Source of the DNA: Calcarisporiella thermophila CBS 279.70
Lineage: Eukaryota > Fungi > Calcarisporiellomycota
DNA: 64,000 bases
Direction of reading: 5' to 3'
Assembly (NCBI RefSeq): GCF_041956535.1
Contig: NW_027192215.1
Location: 124,001 to 188,000, forward strand
Every line of letters starts with the position of its first letter. The first letter of the stretch is position 1. The notes beneath the pieces were generated by a model. It saw only the letters and a list, made by a program, of their open reading frames with translations. It was not told where the DNA came from and did no database searches. Made by a program: the position numbers and the translations under genes. Shown here piece by piece: positions 34,946 to 46,611 of this stretch.

Positions 34946-35700
34946 TTATACCTTTTCCCCAATCTGCGGAGGCGCTGTCTGCTTTTCAATTCTTTCCCAC
35001 AGAGCCTTCAGTTGTGCATCGTTGGCAAATATATCCTTCTCCACAAAAAATCTCTTCGTAGTGTCTTTCCTCCCGTCCCGATTGATCCATGTCACGTATC
35101 GGTATTTTCCCCGCGCGTGGGCCAATTGACTAAGGTAAACAAGTGTCTCGCTTCCCTTACCAATATAGCTGAAAGTCTCTAGCCCGAGTAGGAAATCCCG
35201 CTGAGGGTTATTAAGGTGTTTTGCGAGGTGCTTAGTTACGGATGAGGGTGCATAGAGCCAGATGTTATAGACGTAGTTTTTTGTGAGCCAGTGGATAAAG
35301 ACACTTGGTGTCAGGGCGGAAGTTCCAGCTTTAAAAAAAAAAAAACAATGTTAGAGCCCCAAATATTGATGTTATTTAATTGTTTATGAGTCTTCTAACC
35401 CATCGCTGCTCCCAGCATCGGTGCTTTTCCAAATAAAAGTACACTCGGCACTGCAATTACAGCACACATAGAGAACATGAGCGCCACTGTTTTAAAGCGG
35501 CGGATTTGTTCGGCCATAGGACCAGTATAGAGTAGAACGCGCTCTTTTGGAATTTCTGTGACGGGTTTCGTAACAACAGAATCTGATGCTTTAGAGGAGG
35601 AAGAGCGAATAAATAGCACAGTGGTGGCGGGATGAAAGGCACGAAGATTGGAGATGCCATTGGATCTCTTCATGCACAGATTGAGGAATGCTCGCACCAT
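34946..35700 (-). CDS. Mitochondrial inner-membrane protein, TMEM70/TMEM186-like; 2 exons
   Basis: Presequence, then LLYTGPMAEQIRRFKTVALMFS, two TM segments, HWLTKNYVYNIW and LETFSYIG. The intron is at about 35399-35330. The family call rests on motif resemblance only. Confidence 0.6.
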
Positions 35701-35861
35701 ATTTGTGAATGGAAAGATAATATTTGGTTCTTCTCGCTGTTAATAGTACCGAGACTTCAATTAATGAAATGTTTAATTTTCGAACAGATTAGCGGTCACA
35801 AGTCAACAATACTTTGGACTCCTGCTGCCCCTTTCCTTAGGGACAATAACAATTACTCACC

Positions 35862-37214
35862 ATGGTAAGCTGAAGGGATAGCCTAACAATGAAAGCAGAG
35901 TATGCTGTAATTAATTTGATATAAATGGTGTTCATCTCTAGGTCGACATAATTCCCCCTCCCCTTGAATTCGAGAATCATGTCTTCGACATTGCTCTCCA
36001 CCCTTCTCAAGACATCATTGCCACAGGACTTATCACTGGTCATGTTCATTGGTATTATACATAATCATATGGTGGAATTTCATTAATTTGCTAAACTTTT
36101 TTTTCCTCTTCTACTATAGCCATCGGTATTCATCAGACGGTAATATCGAGCTATTCTCCTTGAGACCGCACAAGAAGTCTTGTCGGGGTGTAACATTTAG
36201 CCCAGATGGAGCTGGTCTTATTAGCATTTCAAAAGATAAATCGATTCAAGCAATCGACCTCAATTCCTGCCAAATAGTGAGCACCAAACCCGAAAGTCAT
36301 GAGTAAGTGCACACCTTCTATCTTCGAGCTCTTTTTTCACAGCCTATAAACTAAATACACGAGCAGAAATCCTATCAATACGCTATTAGCTTTGGATGAA
36401 AATATTCTCGCCACCGGAGATGATGCTGGTATTATCAAGTTATGGGATATACGCCAGGGAACAGAAGTAATGAAGTATTCGGAGCACGAAGACTTTATAG
36501 CCGATATGACATTTTGTGAAGAGCGGCGTTCTCTTATTGTAGCAGGTGGCGACGGATATCTATCAGTATGGGATATAAGGAAACCCGATTTAGTGGCAAT
36601 GTCAGATAACCAGGAGGATGAACTATTGTCGGTGGAGATACTGAAGGTGATTAAAGATTCTCTTGACTAGTGAAAGATACTGCCGTGACTGACAGCTAAT
36701 TTCTTCGTGGAAATTTTTCATAAAGGATGGAAAAAAGGTGGTTGTCGGTTCTCAAGAGGGTATCCTGAATCTCTGGACGTGGGGCGATTGGGGGGATGTG
36801 TCGGATCGTTTTCTTGGACATCCGAATTCCATCGATGCGATCTGCCGGGTTGATGAGGATACAATTGTTACGGGATCAAGTGATGGTATTATTCGCGTTA
36901 TCGGCATTCTTCCCAACAAGTTTCATGGAATAATTGGGGAGCATGAGGATTTCCCCGTGGAGCAGATAAAAATGTCGTGGGACAAGCGATATTTAGCAAG
37001 TTGCTCCCACGACGCTGTTGTGCGATTCTGGGATGTGAGATATCTGTTTGAATCGGAGGAGGAAGAAGAAACCAAGGATGAACAAAAGGATGAAGATGAA
37101 AATGATACCGGAGGGATGGAGGTAGATGAAGAGGGATCCGGATCGAAGAAGCGGCGAAAGAATAAGAAGGAGAAAAACGCTGGCCCAGTCGATGAGTTCT
37201 TTGCTGATTTATAG
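35862..37214 (+). CDS. JIP5: WD40-repeat protein WDR55/Jip5 (ribosome biogenesis); 5 exons, the first being ATG only
   Basis: LATGDDAGIIKLWDIR, HEDFIADM, GGDGYLSVWDIRK, SDNQEDELLS, TGSSDGIIR, and an acidic/basic tail ending FFADL*. Confidence 0.92.
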
Positions 37215-37657
37215 TAATAAATCGAATAGTTAGCACAACACTAGCAAAATTAATACGCACCACAAATAGTTTTGTGTGTGACTGCACGACGCTATTCAAC
37301 CTAGTGATCCAGTTTTTAGGAAAAATAAATTTGCGGTAAGCTGGTGTCTTAAAGGCTCGGGTTTTTTTTCTGCCTCGCCCCCCTCCCCCCCTTTGTTTCC
37401 CTTCTTTGGTTTCCAATTCCAACGTCCAAGTTGGCTGAAGCGACAATAACCACGGGTCCGCTTATTCATTTGCGTCATCGCCTCTATATTTATCTCAGAG
37501 TTTGAGTTTCTTTATGACCTTTCATATACAATGCATCTCCCGTTACACCATATCTGTAAATAATAAGTTTTAGGTATATTTGTCACTTCAAACTCGACGA
37601 TCTATCTTTAGTAATCTCTCTTCAAAATTCATCACCATTTTCTGAGACGACATCAAT

Positions 37658-38596
37658 ATGCTAACGACAAAATCCTTCCCGCATAAAACCCGGCTGTTAC
37701 CTTCTAAAGATCGTGATGCCTCGCATCCCCGTGGGGATTTGGGGCTTCATCATGGGGCTGCGACCGGAAATCTTGGCCTCGTTAAATATGCCCTAGATCG
37801 GGGAGTCCCCGTCGATTCCTCTATCGGAGGTGTGCTGCCTATCCACTGTGCAGCATGTAATTCCAGTGATGGAAATTTGGCGGTGCTTCAGTATCTAGTA
37901 GAGAGGGGAGCTGACATCAATGCCACACGGATTTCGAAGAAAGAGAGTTTAGGGGGCGGAGGGTGGAATACTGAGGAGTCAATTGGGGTCACTGGATCGA
38001 CTGCACTTCACTTTGCCGCTGCGAATAACTGCGCTAGAAATGCCGAACTCCTTTTGCAATTGGGAGCCCATATTGATGCAGAGGATAAATTTGGAAATAC
38101 CCCTCTTATGATTGCAATCGCAAAACAACATGTCGACGTGGTGAAGGTATTAAATAGCTACGAGGCTGGCAAGAGCTACCGGAAAATGTCAGCCACATAT
38201 CCCGTGAATACTTCCCCCGCCATTAAACGCAAAAAAGCAGGATGGAATCGACCACGTACGGCCTCCCAACCTATACTACTTGGAGAAGATCCCGATGACT
38301 CGACTCCAGTTCCCGCTGGTATCAATTCAGTTGCCACAGGGCGAAAGCGGTTCTCATATCCAGGAGAAGTTAATGGTGAAATCCTTATGGTTTGTAGCAC
38401 TGAGCCAACCACTCCAGCCCAATCGATTCCTGAGTTGAAGGTATCCTCTGATACAGATTCTTTACCCGATTCTGGGCCTTCATCAATTCACTCTTCAGCG
38501 GGAGAATATCAGCAAATGCAGGGGAAAAAGCGGGGTAGAAGTGGGAGTTTGCTGGATCGTATGGTTGATTTACTCAGAACGCGAAAAGGGAATTGA
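37658..38596 (+). CDS. Ankyrin-repeat protein, intronless
   Basis: Repeats GLHHGAATGNLGLVKY, LPIHCAA, GSTALHFAAANN and GNTPLMIA, followed by a disordered Ser-rich C-terminal half. Confidence 0.9.
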   Translation: MLTTKSFPHKTRLLPSKDRDASHPRGDLGLHHGAATGNLGLVKYALDRGVPVDSSIGGVLPIHCAACNSSDGNLAVLQYLVERGADINATRISKKESLGGGGWNTEESIGVTGSTALHFAAANNCARNAELLLQLGAHIDAEDKFGNTPLMIAIAKQHVDVVKVLNSYEAGKSYRKMSATYPVNTSPAIKRKKAGWNRPRTASQPILLGEDPDDSTPVPAGINSVATGRKRFSYPGEVNGEILMVCSTEPTTPAQSIPELKVSSDTDSLPDSGPSSIHSSAGEYQQMQGKKRGRSGSLLDRMVDLLRTRKGN

Positions 38597-38898
38597 ACTA
38601 GAGAGATGATGCACTTGTAACTATTTATTTTTGCACATTTTTCCTATTGTATTTCAAACCCAAGCTGTGTCGATGTCTGTGAATTCACTTATTTAACTTT
38701 AGCTTGTATATACACCTAGCATTATTTCAGTACATAACGCAAATAAAGATTATACATAAAAAGTAAACAGAAAAGCTCGTGTATTTTATTGATATAATTA
38801 TTTTCTCAAACTAAAAGATATCATATTCAATATCTAGTCTATAATGATTATTAATATTGGGCGGCAAGGGATAAATATTACAGATAACATAGGACATA

Positions 38899-40088
38899 TT
38901 ATAACTCCTTCTTTTCATCAGTCAAATCTCCACTCTCAATTTTTTGCCGTTTTTTCTCAGTAGCACTGTGTCGTTTTCTATCAAAGAGTGACAGGCTGCT
39001 CTCAATAATAACGTATCGTGAAATTAGGCTCAGTACGACCCCTCCCACGTACATTAATATGCGGTAATAGGGGCCAAATTTTTGTAGCAAGCCTAAAATA
39101 CAGGTTGGATTAGAACGTCATTTTATCTTGTGCAAAGACAAGCATCATATTACCAGGAGGAGGAGAGAGCATATAATTTATGTTTACGCCAGATATCAGC
39201 ACCACTGACTCAAGAACGAATACATGGTACAGCCCGATGGCAGCATAAGAAAAGAGCGCGAACTCCAAAGAAAGCGGGAACACGGGGTATCGGCCAGAGT
39301 GTACCATATAAATTGGGACAACCAAAAGGAGAACATGAACTAAGGGTGATATAAGATAAGTGCTCCTGCAGAAATGTCTCAGCGTAAAAGCAATAGGCGA
39401 TCGTTACCTAGCCAAAAGTTCTCTTGCTCAAATAACAAGCTGAAATTCCTAAGATCTGGTTGAACCAACGCGAGCACCGTGGCCCAGACGTAGTGTAGAT
39501 AGACATTAAATCCAAGGGCGACCATCCAGTTCTTTTTTTCTCCTTTCCATCCAAAGAACAACAAAATAGACAAAAGTGTCATATTGGCATGACAGGGTTG
39601 AAACATGCAGAGAAGAGACGAGCGTATAATTTTATGAATGGCAATAAGCAGAGTACTAGCCAAAGTCAGAACAAAGACCGCAAAATCGGTGAATGTTGCC
39701 GATCGACTGGGAGTAAAGTTTTGAAAAGCCAAAGGGATTAGATTTCTAATAGTAGTGTCAAATACGGATTAATGTTTAATGCTTTGTTTATGATCATCTT
39801 CTGTAAATATATTTACCCTTGTCGGTACAGTGCCTTTGCATATACGAAGAATAATACACCAAAAAACAAATTAAATACAAGTATCTCAGTTGCGTGCTGG
39901 CGAGGCGACAAGTACCTTGCGTAGAATTAGAGTGCTAAATACCAGATATATTGCGGAGGAAAAGCAAAAGAGAATTACCAGCTGCCACTCAATGGCATGA
40001 GCCAGTTGGTGGAGAGAGGCATCTCGGCGCTGAATTGCTTGACGACGTATTCTACACCATCAAGAATTAATGGAATGAGAGAGCTCAT
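38899..40088 (-). CDS. TMEM164: TMEM164-family multi-pass membrane protein (putative acyltransferase); 5 exons
   Basis: MFQPCH, PDLR, ENFWL|VHVLLLVVPIY and GVNINYMLSPP parallel the LNPCH, YxIQH-xx-L-x-VVPIY and NLNNMLCP motifs I recall from animal TMEM164. Confidence 0.8.
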
Positions 40089-40318
40089 GATCGGATGGAT
40101 CGTTTTATTTAAGGGAAGAGGAATTAAAGCTTTTTTAATTAGGAATCCATAATTTTGGCTGCGAGCTCTCCTCCCAACAAATTAGACTTGCAGCTGAACT
40201 AAAACTTAACCCCTTACTCTTATTTGACATTTATTTGAGCTAATGGTGCTACGTCATGATGGTACAACTTAGTGCAAATGGTTAAATAGAATAAATATCG
40301 GTCAAAGGAGCTCTCTAT

Positions 40319-40951
40319 TCACCGCATTAACTGGCACTTGGCTTCTCGCAAAGAGATGTATTCATGATCTCCTTCCGTTGGTTCTTTGTCCACTAACTTT
40401 GGTGCATCGACGGGCCACAGCGGCCCTGGGATCGACATGTTTTCGTCTGCCACATAAATATCGGCGTCATTTTCAAGCATATGCGACGGAGTCAGTGTGA
40501 GCCGTATTGTCGGCAGCCTTTCTTCGTCCAAACTTGAAGAGGTCGGGAAGCCGCGCTCCACTACCTCGTCAAAATTCTCATCGGAAAAATAGGTGCGTAG
40601 TTTTCTTCGAATAATAGGCGAGTCATAGTAGACAGGTCTCGGGGAGTGTCCGTTTGAGCAAATAGACACTTGCTCCGGCGGGTTTTCGCACTCGGAGTGA
40701 ATTTGAGAAGCCATGTATAATGGATCTACTCTCTCTTGGCGTGTGGAAGGATTAGGCGCATAATCAGTTTTGAAGTGCGAGGCTACAGAGTTTCCAAACT
40801 GTTGAGATTTCATGGCAAAAAGTTTCGGAAATGAGATGGAGCTTGAACGGCGAAGAGATCTGGATGTTGAATCGTGCGCGGCAAGAGAATGAGGTTCAGA
40901 TTTTCGGTGGGAAATGCGTTTTTCTGTCTGGGAAACTAACTGTGAGTCCAT
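40319..40951 (-). CDS. Uncharacterised intronless protein (210 aa)
   Basis: ATG-initiated ORF with a structured-looking core YYDSPIIRRKLRTYFSDENFDEVVERGFP...TIRLTLTP. Confidence 0.7.
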   Translation of the reverse strand: MDSQLVSQTEKRISHRKSEPHSLAAHDSTSRSLRRSSSISFPKLFAMKSQQFGNSVASHFKTDYAPNPSTRQERVDPLYMASQIHSECENPPEQVSICSNGHSPRPVYYDSPIIRRKLRTYFSDENFDEVVERGFPTSSSLDEERLPTIRLTLTPSHMLENDADIYVADENMSIPGPLWPVDAPKLVDKEPTEGDHEYISLREAKCQLMR

Positions 40952-41589
40952 AAGTAGAGGCTGTATGTTAAATATTTGACCGTGTCATACGCATAGAAAA
41001 GCACAGGCTAAAGAGACGTTATCATGACAAGTATTCACAGCTAGTATTTCCCTGTGATATCTCCGTTACCAGGGATCCGGTCGATGTGTAAAATAAGAAA
41101 CCGGATGCCCACATATAGGTTCAAGGTAAAGCCATGCAGATCATCCGATTCGAATCAAATCCGTTACTATACTAATTCATAAGAATAATTTGATATTTAT
41201 ATTTATTTCAATGATAGAAGTTAGCTTTATTCGCTGTGGATTGAAGATGGTAGGTGATATTGTAGATAAACTGTAGACTGTAGCTAATATTTTGCTTAGT
41301 TCTAAAGGCAAATTAGCATTCAAAACAATAGACCAATGCTAATTATACCAATACCATGATCCAATTTACTTAGTATGGATATCAGTGTGATGGATTTACC
41401 CCATAAATTCGGACTAGTAAATTCAATTTTTTTTACCGATTTGACTTCGCGTTTAGAAATGACATGATATCTGAAATTTATCTGAAAAGTAGATCGTAGA
41501 ATTTTTCTAGAATGCCCAGCAGAGAGAAATTGTTGCAAAAACATATTGCATATTCCCCATCCTCTCTTCCATTTACAAGTATTAAAAAA

Positions 41590-43182
41590 ATGTTTTTTGC
41601 ATCTATATCAGAGGCACTTCCTTATTTTATTTTATTTATTGCTGTATTATACTTTATTCTATTTGAATATCCAGACTGGCGTAGTAAGCGCTCTCTTGGT
41701 CATTCTACTTATGCCAAGACTCGAATTAACAAGGATGAAATACAACTTTCAAATGCCATACTTTTCCCCATATTGCTTCCCATTTCAATTTTTTACTTTA
41801 TTTTCATTCTTACAATTAACACATTGCGTCTGATTATTTTTATAACCCTCGACACTGTGGAAATTTCATCCAAGTTAGCATTTTCTAAAGGCCTGGAGGT
41901 GGCGAAAGAGATAAGGAGATCTTTTCCACGATGGTTTTCGAGAATCGTGCTCAAAAATATGTCGAGAGTAATGAGAGATTGGGCAGGGCCATTTTTTGCA
42001 ATAGCAATTAAAGAAATACATCATGGAGCGGAATTTATCGGTAACGAATGGGACTCATTGTGTGAGTGGTGGGAGCATAAGGGAAGAGATAAAGCTGCAG
42101 CAATCCTTGTGCCAACACTCGAATCATTTTTCGTCGCATGCCATACTCTCTTGGTCAAACCAGTGCAGTGGATCTTGCCGAGATTCACAATGTTGTTCAA
42201 AATACTAGTTCGAGGTGGAATCGTACTCATAGTGGACATATTAGAGGACTTGTGGTCTATACTGACCATATTGTATACGTGCGGGAAAACCTTGCACAGT
42301 TATCTAGTAGAACCATTTATCAGCACTGTGTGGGGAATTGGGAATTGGTTAAAACCGTACGCCATAGGATGGTTGAAATATTCGGCCAACGGAGTCTTGT
42401 TAGGCGCTACTTGGACTGGACATGCAAGCATAATTATAATAGAGCAATTGACGCCCATGATGCAGCAATATTGGAGACAAGCCGTTTCACTTTTTCTTTT
42501 CGAGATGTCATCGGGAGTATGGAATTTTTCACTCTTTGTACTCGCATTATCTCAGATAATTTGGAAGGCGGGACAAATTTGCGTGAAAATGATAAAATGG
42601 ATATGGGATACGTGTATTGTAATGTCACGTCTCTCGGTCGTAATCTGTAGCCACGCACAGGATATTGCAACTCGAAGCTTCACCACAATTTCAGCCTCAT
42701 TTTCTCCGTTGATCGCTATTGCTAGCTCGCTCGCTCACCAGATGTCACCTTACATTTTTGGATTTATTAATGCCTCTTGCCAATTCATTTGCAATCCGCT
42801 AATGCTTGCTACCAGGAGAATGATTTCTCTGATAACGGCCTTGATTATGGTAGTTAATCCATATATACAATCCTTACTTATCTGGGGCGGAAATTGGACT
42901 GCATTCTTGCTTTTCAATTTGTATTCGAGTATTCATGCGTTAGTTTCGTGGGCAGCGTTTAATTCATATCGTATAGTTTGCAACTATATCAGTACACTGG
43001 CTTCCGTACTTCCTCCATTTATTTTAGCACTCGACTCCGCAAAAAACTGGTGGATATACGCACAGCCACATATAATACAGAAGGGAAAATTCCTTGTTTT
43101 GCAAGTAGATGAGGGAATCGCGTGGATTGCCGACGAAGTGGTGGGTTGGGAAAAGCGGATAAGACTTGAGCGGAAAAGATAG
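41590..43182 (+). CDS. Uncharacterised intronless, highly hydrophobic/amphipathic membrane protein (about 530 aa; an in-frame ATG also lies at 41512)
   Basis: A 1.6-kb open frame in AT-rich DNA with many Trp/Ile/Phe-rich helices. No family recognised. Confidence 0.75.
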   Translation: MFFASISEALPYFILFIAVLYFILFEYPDWRSKRSLGHSTYAKTRINKDEIQLSNAILFPILLPISIFYFIFILTINTLRLIIFITLDTVEISSKLAFSKGLEVAKEIRRSFPRWFSRIVLKNMSRVMRDWAGPFFAIAIKEIHHGAEFIGNEWDSLCEWWEHKGRDKAAAILVPTLESFFVACHTLLVKPVQWILPRFTMLFKILVRGGIVLIVDILEDLWSILTILYTCGKTLHSYLVEPFISTVWGIGNWLKPYAIGWLKYSANGVLLGATWTGHASIIIIEQLTPMMQQYWRQAVSLFLFEMSSGVWNFSLFVLALSQIIWKAGQICVKMIKWIWDTCIVMSRLSVVICSHAQDIATRSFTTISASFSPLIAIASSLAHQMSPYIFGFINASCQFICNPLMLATRRMISLITALIMVVNPYIQSLLIWGGNWTAFLLFNLYSSIHALVSWAAFNSYRIVCNYISTLASVLPPFILALDSAKNWWIYAQPHIIQKGKFLVLQVDEGIAWIADEVVGWEKRIRLERKR

Positions 43183-43216
43183 ATATTTTAACAGCGTTGT
43201 ACCGTATTATAATTTG

Positions 43217-43224
43217 TGACGTCA
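43217..43224. promoter_or_regulatory. CRE palindrome TGACGTCA upstream of the LUFS gene
   Basis: Perfect ATF/CREB consensus about 270 nt before ATG 43495. Confidence 0.35.
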
Positions 43225-43494
43225 TCATTTGTGCTGGAACGTCTTTTCTCAAAAAATTGAACAGGAAAAAGCGAAAGACGAGCGAAAAGGGAAAATTTTT
43301 TTATCGAGCAACCCTTTTTTTTTAATCTTCATCTATTTTATTATTATTTACATTATTATTTTCTACAATTGAAGAGTGTCAAATTACTTATAACTTCTCG
43401 ATAAGAACGAAGTGCGATGTCAATAACCTGGTGGTTTTCTTATTGAAGGCTTTTGACACAGAAAATCATTTAAGCATTACACTTAATAAAGAAA

Positions 43495-45812
43495 ATGAAG
43501 TAAGTTGCTTATTTCATCTCTCCTATCCGCCTAATTTAGCTTATTTGTTATGTCTTGTATTAGGCAAAGCACAGCATCAGATCAATCGCAGTCATCGCTG
43601 GACGATCCTCGATCGCGCGATCTACTCACCCTTTACATTCATGATTATCTTGTTAAACGAAAATTCACAGCCGCAGCAACGGCATTACGAAAGGAGGCGA
43701 ACATCGCTGGCGATTCACGTGTACCGATTGATGCACCTGATGGCTTCCTGTCGGAGTGGTGGACCGTGTTTTGGGATGTATTCAATATGGCAAGAAGCTC
43801 ACGAGGAAGTGGAGGTGCACCACCTGATGTAAAATATTTTTCTAGATCCACTCACTTTGCATGGATAAAAATCTAACTGGGCTCTTTCTAAATTTTTAGT
43901 TGGCGTCTCTAATGCGCCAGAACAGTAGCTCCTTTCCCCAACCACTTCGGATCGACACTCGTCCACCAACTCCAACACAACGGCCTCATTCTACTGGTTC
44001 CAAGCCGCAAATGCCTCCCGATCCCAGCACACCTGTACTCTCTAATTTTGGAGCTAATGCAGCTTCTCTTTCTCCTCATGCCCCACGTCCCCCAGCACCT
44101 CCTTTACCACCATCAGATAGGCCACCTACCCCCGGCGCAGGTCTTCAGACTGGTGTTGTAGATCCACAAATGTTGCAGGCATGCCTCAAAGCTGCAGGGC
44201 TGGCAGGTCGAGATCCTAGATCCCTAAACCTAGAAGAGCAGAAGCGATTTATGCATCAACTACAAAAGTTCCATATGCAACGAAGAGCAAGGTATTTTAA
44301 TCGTCATAAAATCCACCCATTTACATAATTTTATCAATATTTTTTGGCATAGTGCGGTTACTCCAATCCTCTCACAATCTCAACAAAATCCTATGGATAC
44401 CGCTTCATCTCCGCAGCCTACTGGCGCTGGAGGAGCAAATACGCACAGTCCTTTACCTACAAATCAAACAATGCCCAACCAGCCCACTGGTTTAGATGCT
44501 AATAGTTCACCACGCACTTTTGAACCAGGTTCAACGCCACCTGAGCCAAAGCGCCAACGTACTGTTTCATCGTCAGGTGGACTAGGGAACAATAATGTAA
44601 TGGTCACTTCCGCAGCACAGCCCGGGATGCAAATGCAGCAGCAAAACGGAGGCAATATGATGGGTGTACAAGCGGCAATGTTTCAACAACAACAGCAGTA
44701 TATGGCTGCACGAGGAATGCCAAACATGCCGATGACGCCACAGCAGGTTAACTTTTTGATTTTTTTTTCTCTTTAAAGCCATTCTTATTGTGTTGTTCAA
44801 TATAGCAAATGATGTGGCAGCAGCAACAAATGCAGCGTATGCTTATGCAGCGCCAACAACAAGCTCAAGCGGCTGCCGCACAGCAACATGCCGCAGCCCA
44901 GCACGCCGCTGCTCAACATGCTACCTCCCAACAACCCCCCAAACAACAACCGCCACAGCGCCCTCCAGGAATACCTCAGGGGCTTGGAATGATGATGCCA
45001 GGTGCACAAACAGGGGGCGCCCCAGGCCAAAATTCAATGGCAGATTATTTGATGATGCTTCAACATCAACAGAAGATGCAACTGCAACAGCAAATACTAC
45101 GTCAACAAGCCCTTGCTGCACAACAGCGGGCAGCCAACATGGTAAACGGACGGCCATCACCTCAGCCTTCACAAGTACAGCAGCAATCTCAGCAACCTCA
45201 GCAGCAGCCTCAGCAGCAGCCACAGCAACAGCAGCAGCAGCAGCAGCAACAGCAACAACAGCAACAGCAGCCGCAGCAATCCCAACCTCAGCAGCAAGTG
45301 GGAGGCCAAGGAATGGGAAATACTGGAGGTCAAGCTAGTCAGAGTAATGCAAGTGGAGAAGGGGAAAGCGGGATTGAGTCAATGAATCAGCTATCGAAGC
45401 ATGTGCCTATGTCTTCTGCTGCAGAAGATTCGAGTTCTTCAAATGCTCCTACGGGAGGAGATGACTCAAATATATCAGGTGGAGGCGCAAATAGTTCAGC
45501 CAATACAGGCGGGGGCGACAATGCCGGTGGGAGTTCAACAGGAGCAGGTGGAGGCGCTGATATGGACGATGCGAGTGCAAAATTGCAACTATCAAGTATC
45601 GATGATTTGGATAGGCTGATGATGGAGGGTGACTTTTCTGATATGTTTGGCGGTGGAGGGAGTGGAGGCGATGGGCTTGACGTAGTAGATCTATTCGGAG
45701 GTGGTGGCGGAGGATTTTTGGACGGACTTGGGACCAAGAAGGTATTATTTAATATCCAGAGGTTATTTTCTATACCGTATGATGATTAATATTATTTTTA
45801 CAGGATGAATGA
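43495..45812 (+). CDS. LisH/LUFS-domain, Gln-rich transcriptional co-regulator (Flo8/Som1/Adn2-like); 6 exons
   Basis: ATGAA|gtaagt micro-exon, LUFS motif LLTLYIHDYLVKRKFTAAATALRKE...PDGFLSEWWTVFWDVF, Q/P-rich body and acidic D/F/G tail. The last exon is GAT GAA TGA. Confidence 0.9.
45172..45297 (+). repeat. Coding CAG/CAA (polyQ, QQQP) repeat
   Basis: cagcagcagcct.../cagcaacagcaacaacag... encoding QQSQQPQQQPQQQPQQQQQQQQQQQQQQQQPQQSQPQQQ. Confidence 0.9.
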
Positions 45813-46096
45813 TAAAGAGAAGGGTGCAGTGACATTAATATCAAATCCAGAACGCATCAACAAAATTCTTTTTTTTCATTTTTTTTTTTATTAACGGATT
45901 TTTCAGTGGGCATTCCGCCTAGACCTCGACCAGAGGAATATTGTGAAAGGCTGATATAATTTTTATATTAGTTATATATACGTTGCTTTACGGAAACAAA
46001 AGCTTAGCTTAATTGTGCGAGTGTTCGTGTGTGTGGAAGTTTTTTTACTGTTTTTCTTTTATGTTTAATTTTTGTTTGATAATTCACTTTCTTCGT

Positions 46097-46154
46097 TATT
46101 TTATTTTATTTTTATTCTATTTTTATTTTTATTTCTATTTTTATTTCTATTTTT
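46097..46154. repeat. Degenerate (TTTTA/TTCTA)n low-complexity tract
   Basis: tattttattttattttttattctatttttatttttatttctatttttatttctatttt, downstream of the LUFS gene. Confidence 0.7.
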
Positions 46155-46611
46155 CCTGTTAATTTTCTGTATTGCCTTTTTTATCCTTTAAAAAATGTTA
46201 TGGTGGTGATGGTTCATTCTAAACATATCGAGTTCTCAGAATTTCTCATTCAAAATTAATAGAAAACAATGATGGGGTTCTAATGGGACTTCAAAGGAAG
46301 TTCAAACCCTGAGTATACTGATTCCGTACTCGCTGAGAAAGATGTATTATTTTGTCCTCGTTAAATACTCAGGGCATATTAATTTTTCTAAGCTAACTCC
46401 GATCTTATGAAGAAATACGCCGAATAATTAACCTTTAACACGCTCTTTACAGGCTATTAGCCATCCTAGAACTTTAGCCAATCAAATTAATATGCCTAGA
46501 GTGAAATATGGCTGGCCTCTCGGGAATATCGAATTTTTAGGTCAAGAGTATTATTAGTAAGGGGAACGAAACCATTATAGCATTTATTAGTATCAACTAC
46601 AAGATTTCACA

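Noticed and set aside
46268-46315. SECIS element or tRNA-Sec (ATGA...AA...GA; CTTCAAA loop)
   Set aside because: Helix II is too short, the bases flanking CTTCAAA do not form an anticodon stem, and no upstream gene has a plausible Sec codon.
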